Source of the DNA: Perna viridis
Taxonomy: Eukaryota
DNA: 64,000 bases
Reading direction: 5' to 3'
Assembly: GCA_037379345.1 (NCBI GenBank)
Contig: CM074512.1
Span: forward strand, 11,470,001 to 11,534,000
Shown here one piece after another: positions 41,401 through 56,400 of the stretch. The notes under the pieces were generated by a model. It made no database searches, was not told the DNA's origin, and saw only the letters and a program-made list of their open reading frames with translations. A program made the position numbers and the translations under genes. Each line of letters starts with the position of its first letter. Positions within the stretch are counted from its first letter, which is position 1.

Positions 41401-44400
41401 AGTAAAATCAGAAAAATAAATAGCTTCATATTATAAATTATCATAACAAAGCTTCATACAAAAATATAAATCTTTTTGTTAAGTAAAAGCTACGCAAAAT
41501 ATAACTAAAAATGATTCTTAAAAAGGATGAACAAATTATCAAACTAATGGAAAAATGAAAATATCAGAATTAAAAAAGCCCCTCTAACAAGTTCTGACTT
41601 CAACTGATTAGCACCGATTCTATAGACCCAAAAGAAATACCTAACTTGATAAGCAGCTGATCAGAAATAATTCCTGGAATCTGAATTGATAAATAGTTTA
41701 CCAAATAGCTGGTCAGAACTTAAGCTATAGATCCAGAAAAAATATTAACCCAACTATCAACTGTTAAGAAATCAGAATTGGCTCAAAAGAATGACAAAAT
41801 ATTCTCCAATCCAACAACAGCTGATAACACTCAAAAGTTCTCACCTGTCTGACAATTGCTGATAAATTAAAGCCTTTCTTGTAGACCCTCAAAAATAACA
41901 CTCAAAGTACTCACCTGTCTCACAACTGCAGATAAAAGCTGCTCCTGTAGACCCTCAAAGGTAACAGTAAAGTTGATAATATTGACTTGTATGTAGACTG
42001 CTGGTAAGTAATGTGGATTGGACATGGAAGTTGTCATATAAAGTCTATAAAAATACATACTGTTTGCATCAGTCTTACTATAGCTAACATCAGTCTTACT
42101 ATAGCTAGCATCAGTCTTACTATAGCTAACAGATATATCCAGCAAATACTTCTAACAGGTTTAATTATATCATTATAAAACTACTTCAGACAATTTTAAT
42201 GTTGTGCAAGTAATACAAAGAAACAGCATATCATGATCCATATAAATTTGCAATAACTTAAAATTTTGAAGATCAATAACCATCAACATTTAATAATGCC
42301 CTGATTTTGTCATTTTCCAACCATATTTTGTATGAAATATAATTTTGGGTACAAGATATATTACTCATAGTTAAGTGAAGATATTGGTAGTTATATCCAT
42401 CAGATAAACATTTATATTATAAAAAACAAACACAATCTTACATGTACCCTCAAATTGAAAACAACTTTCAAGTAAGCTTTCCCAAAATTGATCGATCGAA
42501 ATGTTTAGGAAGTTAACTTGACAATTAAAAAGGAGATTTTAACTTTCTATCAAATATGTATTGAATAATAGAAAATTTTAATTTTCTTTTCAATTGTCCA
42601 GATCAATTCCTAAGACATGTCATTAGGTAATTAACATTCAATTTAGGTAAAACCAACTCTATGAATAATGTTGTAAGTACATGTGGATAGACACAAATCT
42701 TGTGGTTCGAACACCTCGGCGGGGGCATTGAAAGTAGTCTTTGCTGATACAAATTACCAAAGAATGGCATGCTAAAAAAAGTTGATCAAGAAATTCTCAA
42801 GCCCTAAATTGGGTTTCCCAACTGAAAATATCAATTTATATGCCATTTTGTCATACTATTGATAAAAAGCCTTAAACAGATTTTCTTTTGATGTGAACAT
42901 CAAGTTGTGTATCATGAAAGTTTAGGTGTGATAAAGGAAAATATGTTTGTCAAATTTATAACATTTCACCAAGTTATCTAAAATTTTAGATTTGTGGATA
43001 TTAAATTCCATAAAAAATTAATGAAATTTAAACACCTGTAACCGAAGACCCCAAATCTGTAATGAAGTTAAATAATGTCCTGACATAATAAACATGTAAT
43101 GCCACTGCTACTAATTGATTTATTTATTGATATCAATAAGACTTAAGTGTCAGTCCCTGTAAAAATCAGGCAGTGGGTGAAACATGGTATGGAAAAAACC
43201 CATCATTTTGATAGTGTAATTTGACTATTTGCACCATCAGAATCAAGAAAAACAGACAAAATTTACCATATCATGGTGGACCATTGAGTTACAATTTCAT
43301 TAAAATGCACTGAAAATGAACATTTCAAGGGCAGATAACTCTGTCAAAAAAAATTCTATTGAAAAATTTCTGAGCTAAGCCAGTGATGCAGAGTTTAAAT
43401 AGTGTTATTTTCAAATAAAGAAAGTATCCTTGAGTGATATTACATTGTCAGATCAGTAGGGTTTTGACATGCATGTTTCTGATTTTTCTCATTTTGCCTG
43501 ATTCTTACAAACACTTACACTTAAATAAGTTTAGTTGGACTTTGAACTGATAAGAAGCCACTTTTACAGCATAGCAGTAACAATTTATTAAAACAATAAA
43601 AAGACCTCATAAACAATCTTTAAATTTAACATATTTTTATATGTGTAAAGAAATACTTGTCTTTTTTGTTTGTGAAAAAAAACCTAAATTATTAAATTAT
43701 TTATAAAAACTATGTCCCTTTATTCTTTCTATTGGATGTATTACCTAAAGTTGTCATTCAACATGATTTCTGTATCACCTAACTTGAGGATAGTATGACC
43801 CCCTTCTAGTAAATATTTCTTTTTAGTGGATGCATTGCCTAAAGTTCTCATTAAACACGATTTCTGTATCACCTAACTTGATGATAGTATGACCTCCTCT
43901 CGTAAATGTTTCTTTTTAGTGGACGTATTACCTGAAGTTCTCATTAAACTCGATTTCTGTATCACCTAACTTGATGACAGTATGACCCCCTCTAGTAAAT
44001 GTTTCTTTCAACAAAACAGGTCTGAGTGCTGGGTCCAATGACTCTGAAACATCCTGAAATAATAAACATGTAATGCCATTGCTACTAGTTAATTTATTTA
44101 TTGATATCTTATATAACACTTAAATAAGTTAGTTGGACATTAAACCGATCAGAAGACACTTTTACCTTACAGTATAGCAGTAACTACAAAGTCTTATAGT
44201 ATGAATAAGCCATAGACCAAAACCACAACCTGTAACAGTTGATCATCCTGCCACTAGACCAAAACCACAACCTGTAACAGTTGATCATCCTGCCACTAGA
44301 CCAAAACCACAACCTGTAACAGCTGATCATCCTGCCACTAGACCACTTCGATGGTTTGACACCTTAATACATTGGTTTAGTATACCTATACTCTGACTAC

Positions 44401-47400
44401 TGACCTTGACATTGGTAGTGCTCATGCAAATCCTTTGTTAATACATTTTTTTGTATTTCATTTAAATAATTTGTTAATTTTCTACTTCTCATTGATAAAC
44501 TAGCAGGCTTAAAAATATTCCCATTGCCTGTGCATTGAGAAAAGGAGAAATTTGTTTCATTTATCATAGGGGAGTATGATATTACTGGTAAACCTGAAGA
44601 TATTTTACTTTACTTAGTAATTTCAAAGACTAGTCTGAATTATCAATTATAATAATTAACATGTATACCCAGAGTCAAAGAAATATTTAGTTATTGAAAT
44701 CTGTACTTCCCATTTCATTAAAAAAAACCTATTTAAGCTTTAAAGGGAAACAACCCACAAAGACAGGACATTAATAGGCACCAGTATCGTATTGCTTATC
44801 CCTGAGTGGGAGTATGTCAAAAAATGGAGGGTATAAAAATATAATGTATTTTCTTTTTGCCTTTTTACAAACTAATCTTTTGTCAAAAATTATGAAAACG
44901 ACTTATGAAATACAGCAAACATAACACTATAAGATGACAAACTTTTTGTTAAGAAAATCTAACATTATAACATAAAAAGTTTCACTGAAAAGGTTGGTTT
45001 GATGAGTGCAGAACGAAAATGAAAATAGAGAAAATAGCTATTCATAGTTCAAGACTACTTTTCTGTCTGATCTTCATGGACTCACCCTACTTTTTTTTCT
45101 TGAAATTATTTTTTCACATGTCCTTTGAAATGCTACGTAAGTGAAAGTTTTATTGAATCTATTGACATATTTTTTCTTTAAATCCTATAAATATGCACTT
45201 CACTATAGAAGTCTATGGGAATATTAATGCGATACTAAAGACCAATATGTCTACAAACCTCAAAAGGTTATTTACAAAGATCATAAATACAATATCGCTT
45301 AAACATACACATTTCTATATAACTAGAGCATATAAAAGCAATGACTTTGTCCAATAAGAATTTCTTCAAAGAAAATTAAAATTTAATGAATATCAAGCAT
45401 ATTGGATACTAGAGAAACAATAAATGTTATTGGCAATAAGACCGAAGAATCAATAATGAAAGTTTAATGGAAAGTAGGGCTCAACTATAAATGATTGTCA
45501 TTATAAATTTCTTTAAATCACTATTTTGTGTGTTCTTTCATTACAATAATGGTACATCATGTCATTCATACTAATGTCCTATTGGTAACAGTATAATATC
45601 CAGCTACATCAAAAAACCAGAAACAGACACAGATGAAGGATCAAGGTTTTTTTCTAAAAACATGGCATTCATGTAAACAAAGCAGACCTGATTAATATGT
45701 CTTAACGGATGTAGAATTGAATCTTTGATTCACTAATCAGGATTTTTTGGTCAATGGATCGTAGATAACAGAAGATGAATTCCACAGAGGATACAGGACT
45801 AATTCTCTACTATGCTCTCAATGGATATGGAGTAACAATTCAGTACTTAATTATAACTTTAATAATAATTATCATTGGATTGACAATTCTATTTCTTAAT
45901 TTTCTTGTAATAGATACATTTAGACTTAAAAGAGAACAAAGTGAAGTTTTCTTAGTTAGTTTAGCGATGTCAGATTTCACAACAGGGTTATTGGTACTTC
46001 ACACATCAGTGTACCAGTTGATTAACTTTCAGAATGTTCTAGAATGTAAATTTCGTTTTGGTATGCTCCTTACAGTAGCTTTATGTTCTGGATATCACCT
46101 TTTATTACTGACAGTAGACAGATATATAAAGATCACTTGCCCTCTACAGTACAACACATTCTGTAAAAGATCGTCCTACTTAGCCACATGTATATCAATG
46201 TGGATGTTTGCAGTACTAGTGGGTTTAGTTCCAACCTTTGGATGGAAAAACACTACAGAAGAAACAGATGGAGATGAAATCTTATGTTCATTCTTTGGAA
46301 CTTTCCACAAAGATTATTTAAGACTTGTTGTAGTTTTGTTTCTGACTCCAGCCATATTAATGTTAATATTATATGGCCTAATATTCAGAGTAGCACACAA
46401 ACACTCTAAACAGATAGCTATACAACAGCAAGTTATAAACCATCAGAATATCAACAAAAATAACAAACTATCATGGAAATTCACCAAGACAATTAGTATA
46501 ATTGTTGGAACCTATGTTATACTTTGGCTGCCAACAGGTAAATTTTAACCTTGTATCATTGTTTTAACCAATTTATCATTTGAATCTCTCTAATTATATG
46601 GTAATGAAAAACAGTGATTATAATTTAACTTCACTCCATAATAAAATAAACTTTACATCATAGCAGAAAAAAATAGAATACTGACAAAGACGGGGGGGAC
46701 CTGCTGCAATTTCCAGTCTTAGAAAACAACACTAATTTTCTGGGTGCATGTTCTCAAGATATGAGTATAGATCAGAGATGCGAGATGTTCCTGACAGGGA
46801 TACAAATGCAACACAGAGTTGAAAAAACCCTGTACATTAAATGCCTGTATGATCTGAGATTTAATGTCAGACACATCATTATTGAGGACTGACAATTGTA
46901 TTCGACACAGTAATCAGTGAATTATTACAACCATTTAACAACAAAGTAAAGAAGCAATGGTGTAAACAGTAGGTCTAATTGGATTTTGGCAATTCTACTA
47001 GAGAACAATTTCTGACTTGAAATGTAGGAGGACTCTATCCCCTGACAATTTCTGACTTGAAATGAAGGAGGACTCTATCTCCTGACAATTTCTGACTTGA
47101 AATGAAGGAGGACTCTATCTCCTGACAATATCTGACTTGAAATGAAGGAGGACTCTATCTCCTGACAATTTCTGACTTGAAATGAAGAAGGACTCCATCT
47201 CCTGACAATTTTACTCTAGAACCAATACCATCCCTTGACAATTCTACTTATCCAGAATTTTTGTTTCAATGTTTTTATTTATATATCAGTTTTTATAATA
47301 CTATTCATAAAAGTTACTTCCGCTTAAATGTCATGTTACCAAGTTTGTGCAGGTTTTTTAATGCCAATTTCTATGCACATTTCTTAATTAATCTGACCTC

Positions 47401-50400
47401 AAACTTTCAAGTATGAAATAAAAAAAAATGTTCAAAATTATGCAGACACAATTTAGAACATCTTCAAATTCCGCCAAGATATTTGTTTGTTTGTTGGGAT
47501 TTAATGTCCGAGCAGCAATATTTCAGCTATATTCAGACAATAATTGTTATTTCTTTGAATCATATGTAAACTATCTTTATTTGTCATCAGTACAGAGAAT
47601 CTTAAGGATATGAGTTTGCAATGGCAACTTATTTTAACATGTGATGTACAGAAACTAACTATTCGAACTATTCATCAGATTATGATTAAAGAGGAGAACT
47701 TTGTTAAATGTTTCAAACAACAACAGACACAAAAAGATGGAATGAGCTCAAATGGACCTTTGGTTCAAATGAACTTACATTTATATAAATTGCAGAGTAA
47801 ACTATCATTCAATTGTTTTTTGTAAGATTCATTGAAATGCTGCTTGTCCAATATAAATTAACTTATAAACTTTCCAGGGCTAAATTTCACATGCCACTGG
47901 TGACAGTAAATAAAATGCTATAGAGTAGTAAAGCTCAGCATGTAACTACTGACATTTATATTCTTCATACAAGTTTAAAGTATTCTAAAATGCAATACAA
48001 AAAAGAGAGTAGTCCTAGATTGGAACTGAATCTAAATGTAACCTGTATCATCATGCTGCACTGTTTCCACTATTTTCTTGTTTTTTTTATAGGAATATAT
48101 GTGTCACTTGTGGCTGAAGGCGTATTCAAGGACAAAAGCAACTCAGAGAAAGGAGAAATCCTATCCTATACAGCCAGTATAGCTTTCCTCAACAGCTTAC
48201 TAGATCCTATCATATATGCTTTTCAAATATCATCAGTAAAACAGAGATTCAGAAGAGTTTTCTGTTGTAATACTAAGAACCTTTCCAATATACAAGCAGA
48301 AGGCTACATCACAGATGTTTCATCAATTAAAATTAGGAACTAGCTCTGTTAAATAAGTGCCTTTTTCTTTTACTTGGAAGACTACATAATATTTACTTCA
48401 TGTTTTGACTCTAAATAAACAAGCATTCAAGTCCCTACCAGAAGAAATTTCAGTTGAAGAGAACAGAGTGCAAATTTTTTGCATAATCTGTTTACAAGAT
48501 AAGTTCAGAAAACTGAGTCTGCATTCATTTTCTAAGTCCAAGGGACATAACTCAGCAAACAATTAACAGACTAGAGCAAATTTTGATATTTATCTGTAAC
48601 TTGTCAAGGTAAACAATGTACAAAATATCAAATGTATCATGTACCAAATGTCAACAGTGAGGAAATAAAAGTGCAGAAAACTGAGTTTTTGCTTTAATTT
48701 TTGAATTCAAAGGGGCATAACTCAGTAAAATATCAACAGACTGGAAAAAAATTCGACTTCCTTTTGTAACTTGTCATGGCAAAGCTATGTACCAAATATC
48801 AATAGTATATCTGCAAGAGCAGAAAACTGAGTTATTGCATAAAGTTTAAGGGCCATAACTCAACTATAAATCAAGTAAAAAAAGTGCAGAAAACTGACTT
48901 GCCGACAACCTCATACTCTGAATGCTTTTAAAGCAAACACAGCATTTTTTAATGTCAATAAATCAACAAAACCTTCTGAAAGCAAATGAAAAATTCCAAA
49001 AACTAACAAAATTTCTTCAGAAGTTAGCAATTTCTTACAATAAAATACAACATGGACCTGCAGTGAAAAAAAATTTGGAAACTTTTAAACTTCAATTTTA
49101 TTGTCCCTAAACTTGAAAACATTTGAATGGTGTGTCTGTATGTCACAAATATTACCAACAGTCATTCTGTAGAATTAAAAGGAATCATATTAAAAAACCC
49201 AATCTTTACCCCTTACCTTCAGGAGCATAGCTTCTCCTACACGGATGACACTCTCCAAAGTTCTCATATAGTTAGGATCAGATGCAGCTACGATCTTTAA
49301 CCCAGCTCCTTCCATTTCCTTTATATAACTACAAGTTATAAACAAGACTATAAGAGAATGACCTATCACCAAAAACTGGTTCAGAAAAGTGTCATGAAAT
49401 GTACTAAGTCCAAGGGCTATAATTTCATTACAAAAAGACACTGATGTCAAACCAAAAACACTCTTGATTTGTGACTCATGAAAATAAACTCTAACATAAA
49501 AAAATACCACAATATCTGCAATCATAACAAAAAAAATATGTGATACCAGTTTTGGGACAAATATAAAACTGTAGATATAAAATTTCTGTAAAACGTGTTG
49601 TTACAGTAATGCTTGTGATCCGAAAAATGTAGATTCAAATCTCCACCAAAAACATTTCTAATGAAGGAATCTAAACTATCATCAGACATATATGTAACTC
49701 ACTTGAAAGCTTGTCCCTGAGGATCAATGAATAATGGGAATTTCTGTGCCTTCTTAACTATCAAAGCATTCTCTGTAGAATGACTGTCATGAGGCAATCC
49801 TTCATTCTGCCACTTTAATACCTGTGCACAAACATAAATCAAGTTTAACTAAGACATTAAAAAACAGATTTAGTTTTATCAGACAACAAAACTTGCATCA
49901 TGATAGCATCCCTCTTACATGTTCTGGATGATTGAGGTTCAGCCTATCTTACATATACAGAAAACACATATTTTTACTAAATATATCAGTCTATGGGAAA
50001 CTATACATTTTTACTGGGCATTAAGGCTGATAAATTTTCTATTCTTACTAGAACAAACTAGACCTTATTTGTTTGTACACTGAAGTTGTACTAAAAGCAC
50101 CAAAAACAATTTAAGACATTTGGTCTGGATCATTGCAATATTAGATCAAAGTACTTTTTACTGGACAGGACTTACCGTAATCATCCAAAAGGTGTCTACA
50201 ATCATAAGCGAAATCCACCAAAGGATGATTCTAAAGTAACAATGTGATGTTAAGGAGTTGACAGACAGACAGACAGACAGTAGCTTTACAATATTCCTGT
50301 TGCTACCTCAAGGGGTAACAAAGTTAGATAACCTACCTGATGAGCATCAACAGTGTTCTTGACTAGATCAAATTGATCAGAGATTGGTATGTGAGCCTCT

Positions 50401-53400
50401 TTACACATATCCACCCAATTCAACACTAAATCCTTCCTGTATTTTGCAGTGAAAGGACCAATATAAGCTACAGATGTTGCTGCTACTAATGTGTCACCAA
50501 CAAGTCCTAGTAACTTTTGTTCTAAAGTCTTTACAGCTTCCTGCCATCGAACCTACAAAGGACCAATAATAAAGAAAGACATCATTTGTTCTATCAAAAT
50601 TTCTCTTCAAAATGAACACTTGCTACCAAAGAAGAGTAAACTTATTTTGTATTCTAATGCCTTCAAGCTGGGAATGTATGATCATTAGGATATGTTTAAC
50701 AGGGATTGATTAGATTACCTTTTCATTGGCTAAAGCATCAATAAGTACAGCTGCTCTCTTTAATCTGAGTCCTGTAGTTATCTTCTCTTGTTTCAATGAC
50801 TCTCTTTGATTCACACTCTCTGTATATCGATCTTGTAACATGTTTAAGTGTTGCTGAATCTATAATATCAAATTACAGTGTATATTGATGTGTCACGTTT
50901 TAGTGTTTTTTTAAGGATTTGCCCCGTCAAACTGCTACAGTAGTCTATTTTTGGATAGGTTGAGTTACATTTACAGATAATAGTATTTCATATTGTAGAA
51001 GCAATTTGATATTGAAGTATGAAAACCAGCAAAGTATGTAAGAGCCTGCTATATGTAGCAAATATTTTTTCATAAGTAAACATTTTTCAGCATATCTTTG
51101 TCATATTTTGTCTTGATTGTTTTAAAAAGAACATGTAACTTAATTCCTCAGCTTCAGATAATTCTCTCAGAAATAAACCAAAGTTAATTTTTATCAACAT
51201 TATCTTAATTTGTCTTTCACCAACCTTTTGCAAACTAGCCTGCTTCTGTGCTAAGCTCTGTTGAGCTAATTTTAGGGCCTCTCTTGCTTCCTCCACTCTC
51301 TTCTGTTTTGGTTTCACCATCTGATTAGATAAGAGAATTTTGTTTCAATATTTAAAAAGACAATGACTTCATAAATTTATTGTACTTTGGTAAACTATTG
51401 TTTTTAGTATCAATTTTCTGGGTTTTTTTTATATTTAGTTGAATTTGATTTTAATTTCATTTCTAGGGAATATACACCCTAAGTTGTACACAAGTTAGTT
51501 CATGAACCAATAAAATTTTACCAACCCTCATAATATACTTCTGTTAATAGGACTTACTGTTACTAACAAGTGACCTGTATTAAGAAGGAAGAACTATATC
51601 ATTATTTCTCTTGGTATACACTAACCTTGTTGACTTCATAGTAATGTTCCAGAGCAAGGACCCATAGACATATAGATTCACAAGGTCCTGAATTCTGACC
51701 TACAGTAGTAGGGTTAAAATCTGGCAGCTTGGAGTACCTCTTCAGTTTGTTAAAAACCTATAAAAATCAAATCAAGCAGTAAACCTCACTAAAAATGAGG
51801 CCAGACAGAGACATAATGTCAATGAACAGCATTAATCATAAACAAGATAAATCTGACTTGGATGTGCATTCTGAGTAAAGTCAATTATAGAAATGCACAT
51901 TTAACATTTATATTATTAATAGACAGCTTTTAGTAAATCATGAAACAATTAAAATTTCTGAAAATACCATAACATTTCATCAAGTTAGAAAGATGTATCT
52001 GTAGATATTTACTCTGCCAGGGAGCTGATCTTTGTCTAGTGTCAGGAGATTTTTCAAAAAATCTGGCTCCTTGACCATTTGTTTGGCATTGGTCCAGTCA
52101 TCTTTCTTCTGGAACAATACACACACTGCTCTCAACACACTCTTTACCAGGTCTGGTGGATTTGAGTAAGTTCTAAAATATATTGAAATCTTAGAACATT
52201 AATTGCTTATTGCATATTCTTCAAGTACAGTATTAATACATTTTATTTAAAAAATATGACAAAAATTCATGCAAAAATTTTATGTAACAGAAAATTTTAG
52301 TATGTTGAACTATTATATTAAGAAAGTGTGCAGTTTGAAACTAAAATGAATTATTCCCATGTAGGGATGCCAGACTTTAAGCAAAAGAAATAACAAAACA
52401 CAAAAAGTACAGGCCAACAGAAAGTTAAAACCATCTGATTAAAAAGAAATAAGAAAGGATACAACATATCAAGTTGAATCTGCGCACAAAATTTCATTAT
52501 ATTCCTATGAAAGGTTGCTTTGATTTTGTAATGAAAAATAAAGACTTTAAAAAAGAGCAGGAGCTCAATATACAATAAATAAAGGTAAAGTACATTGTGT
52601 AAACACCAATATACAATGGAGTCCATAAGTAAAGGTAAAGTACACTGTGTATACATCAATATACAATGGAGTCCATAGGTAAAGTACACTGTGTAAACAT
52701 CAATATACAATGGAGTCTATAGGTAAAGTACACTGTGTAAACATCAATATACAATGGAGTTCATAGATAAAGGTAAAGTACACTGTGTATACATCAATAT
52801 ACAATGGAGTCTATAGGTAAAGTATACTGTGTAAACATCAATATACAATGGAGTCCATAGGCAAAGGTAAAGTACACTGTGTAAACATCAATATACAATG
52901 GAGTTCATAGGTAAAGGTAAAGTACACCGTGTATCATCAATATACAATGGAGTCCATAGGTAAAGTACACTGTGTAAACATTAATATACAATGGAGTCCA
53001 TAGGTAAAGGTAAAGTACACTGTGTATACATCAATATACAATGAAGTCCACAGGTAAAGTACACTGTGTATACACCATTATACAATGGAGTCCACAGATA
53101 AAGTACACTGTGTAAACATCAATATACAATGGAGTCCATAGGCAAAGGTAAAGTACACTGTGTAAACATCAATATACAATGGAGTCCATAGGTAAAGGTA
53201 AAGTACACTGTGTATACATCAATATACAATGGAGTCCATAAGAAAAGTACACTGTGTAAACATCAATATATAATGGAGTCCATAGGTAAAGGTAAAGTAC
53301 ACCGTGTAAACATCAATATACAATGGAGTCCATAGGTAAAGTACACTGTGTAAACATAAATATACAATGGAGTTCATAGGTAAAGGTAAAGTACACCGTG

Positions 53401-56400
53401 TATCATCAATATACAATGGAGTCCATAGGTAAAGTACACTGTGTAAACATCAATATACAATGGAGTCCATAGGTAAAGGTAAAGTACACTGTGTATACAT
53501 CAATATACAATGGAGTCCATAGTAAAGTACACTGTGTATACACCAATATACAATGGAGTCCACAGATAAAGTACACTGTGTAAACATTAATATACAATGG
53601 AGTCCACAGGTAAAGTACACTGTGTAAACATCAATATACAATGGAATCCATAGGTAAAGGTAAAGTACACTGTGTATACATCAATATACAATGGAGTCCA
53701 TAGGCAAAGGTAAAGTACACTGTGTATATATCAATATACAATGGAGTCCATAGGAAAAGTACACTGTGTAAACATCAATATACAATGGAGTTCATAGGTA
53801 AAGTACACTGTGTAAACATCAACATACAATGGAGTCCATAGGTAGAGTACACTGTGTATACATCAATATACAATGGAGTCCATAGGAAAAGTACAATGTG
53901 TAAACATCAATATACAATGGAATCCATAGGTAAAGTACACTGTGTATACATCAATATACAATGGAGTCCAAAGGCAAAGGTAAAGTACACTGTGTATACA
54001 TCAATATACAATGGAGTCCACAGATAAAGTACACTGTGTAAACATCAATATACAATGGAGTCCACAGGTAAAGTACACTGTGTAAACATCAATATACAAT
54101 GGAGTCCATAGGTAAAGGTAAAGTACACTGTGTATACATCAATATACAATGGAGTCCATAGGCAAAGGTAAAGTACACTGTGTATATATCAATATACAAT
54201 GGAGTCCATAGGAAAAGTACACTGTGTATACATCAATATACAATGGAGTTCATAGGTAAAGTACACTGTGTAAACATCAATATACAATGGAGTTCATAGG
54301 TAAAGTACACTGTGTATACATCAATATACAATGGAGTCCATAGGTAAGGGACACCGTGTAAACATCAATATACAATGGAATCCATAGGTAAAGTACACTG
54401 TGTAAACATCAATCTGGTTCCATGATATTTTATGATTGTAATAATACCTGACAACTCTAACATCAGATTTGTCTAACGATTTCAAAGCTTCCTCAGCCTT
54501 GTCTAAAGCTGGTAAAACTGTAGCTAAATCTCTCTGACACTCCTGCAAAGTTCATATGTATAAGTAAAGGAAACACAATGCATATAAATAAAGTCTCAAT
54601 TGGCAACTTTGACGTTTAACCATAAAAATAAAAAGTATTTATTAAGTTTTTTTTTAAAAATCCATGGGAAAGGATTTTAGAATGACAGGCACTACTATAT
54701 CTCTTCAAGTCTTCAATAACAAAAATAAGTTAATAACAAAACTGGAGAAACCAACTTTGTAAGGACAACTCCAGTTCTCCAACTGAGTTATAAGTTATTG
54801 TTATAATGTAACAAATAATAAGCTCAATAATAAGTCATTACTAACTAGGGCTGTAACAATACACCTACCTCACAGTATGAGAGTGACAATACGATATATT
54901 TCAATATGATACACAACATCATGTTGTCCTACATATTTTTTTTCAATTTGAAATAAAAATTTTTCAACAGATTTAAAAGTGATGAATTCTGTTGAAGACA
55001 GGTTTCATTCTTAGAGTCTATAATTTTGATCTTAACAAAGATAAATGAATTTTCCCTTGCATGGTAATTTCATCAACTGTTTGAAAACAAATTTGTATTC
55101 CGACCTGTATTATATCGTATTGAGACCTCAGTCAAATGTATCATATCACATTGTGATACACTGAAAACATCATGAATCATTTCATCCTTATTACTAACTG
55201 TAAATGACAAAATGTTTTCTACTAACCTCAGCATATTCATGGACAATTTCTGTCTCCCGCTTCATAACTTCCTCTTCCTGTCCGACTATTTCCTGGACCT
55301 GTTCTACAGCTTCCTGATCCTTCTGCAGCTGTTCTAGTAAAACTTCTGTATCCTAAATCAGATACAACTATACATTTCACAGACTCGTAATTAAAAACTA
55401 ATTAACATTGGCATCAGCAAGTAATCTACCATATGATGATTTTCTTGTTTCTATGTGTTGTTATTAAGTACCATACACCTTGAGATTCATACCTTCCTAC
55501 TCTCAGAGAGAAGTATTTGGATTAGAGAATCTGGTAGAAACTGACTTGTTTCCAATGTTCTCCACTAGAAATTGTTATATGCTATACCTCATGTTCTCCC
55601 CATAACTTGTTAAATGCTATATCCCAAGTTCTCCCAATAAATTGTTACAAGCTATATCCCATGTTCTACCAAAAAATTGTTACATACTATATATCTCATG
55701 TTCTCCCCATAAATTGTTAAATGCTATATCCCATGTTCTCCCAATAAATTGTTACATGCTAAACCTCATGTTCTCCTAATAAATTGCTACAAGCTATATC
55801 CCATGTTATACAATAAAATTGTTACATACTATATACCTCATGTTCTCCCAGTAAATTGTTAAATGCTATATCCCATGTTCTACCAAAAAATTGTTACTTA
55901 CATACTATATACCTCATGTTCTCCCAGTAAATTGTTAAATGCTATATCCCATGTTCAACCAAAAAAATTGTTACATACTATATACCCCATGATCTCCCCA
56001 TAAATTGGTGCATACTATACCTCATGTTCTCTCAATAAATTGGTACATGCTTTATCCTGTGTTCTCCCCATAAATTATAACATACTGTACCCCATTTTCT
56101 CCCCATAAATTGCTACAAGCTATACCCAAAGTTCATCCCATAAATTTGTACATGCTTTCCCCCCATGTTCTGTGCTAGAAATTTTTACATATGATATCCA
56201 TGTTCATCCCTAGAAATGATCACATGCTCTCCTCCAAGTGGTCATAAAATATATCCTTTGTGGGTCTTAAAACATTCATTATTATTACATGTCATACCCT
56301 TTGCTTTTCTTCTATCTGTGGTCCTAAGGTTTTCAGTTTCTCCTGATATGTGCCGACTAATTCATTGGCTTCAGAAAGTTTTGCTAATCCATTTTCAAGT

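Noticed and set aside
52351-53641. ORFs in the track over the 44/50-bp array (also 12510-13400, 58467-58667, 60098-60421)
   Set aside because: Translations of tandem repeats; no independent coding signal
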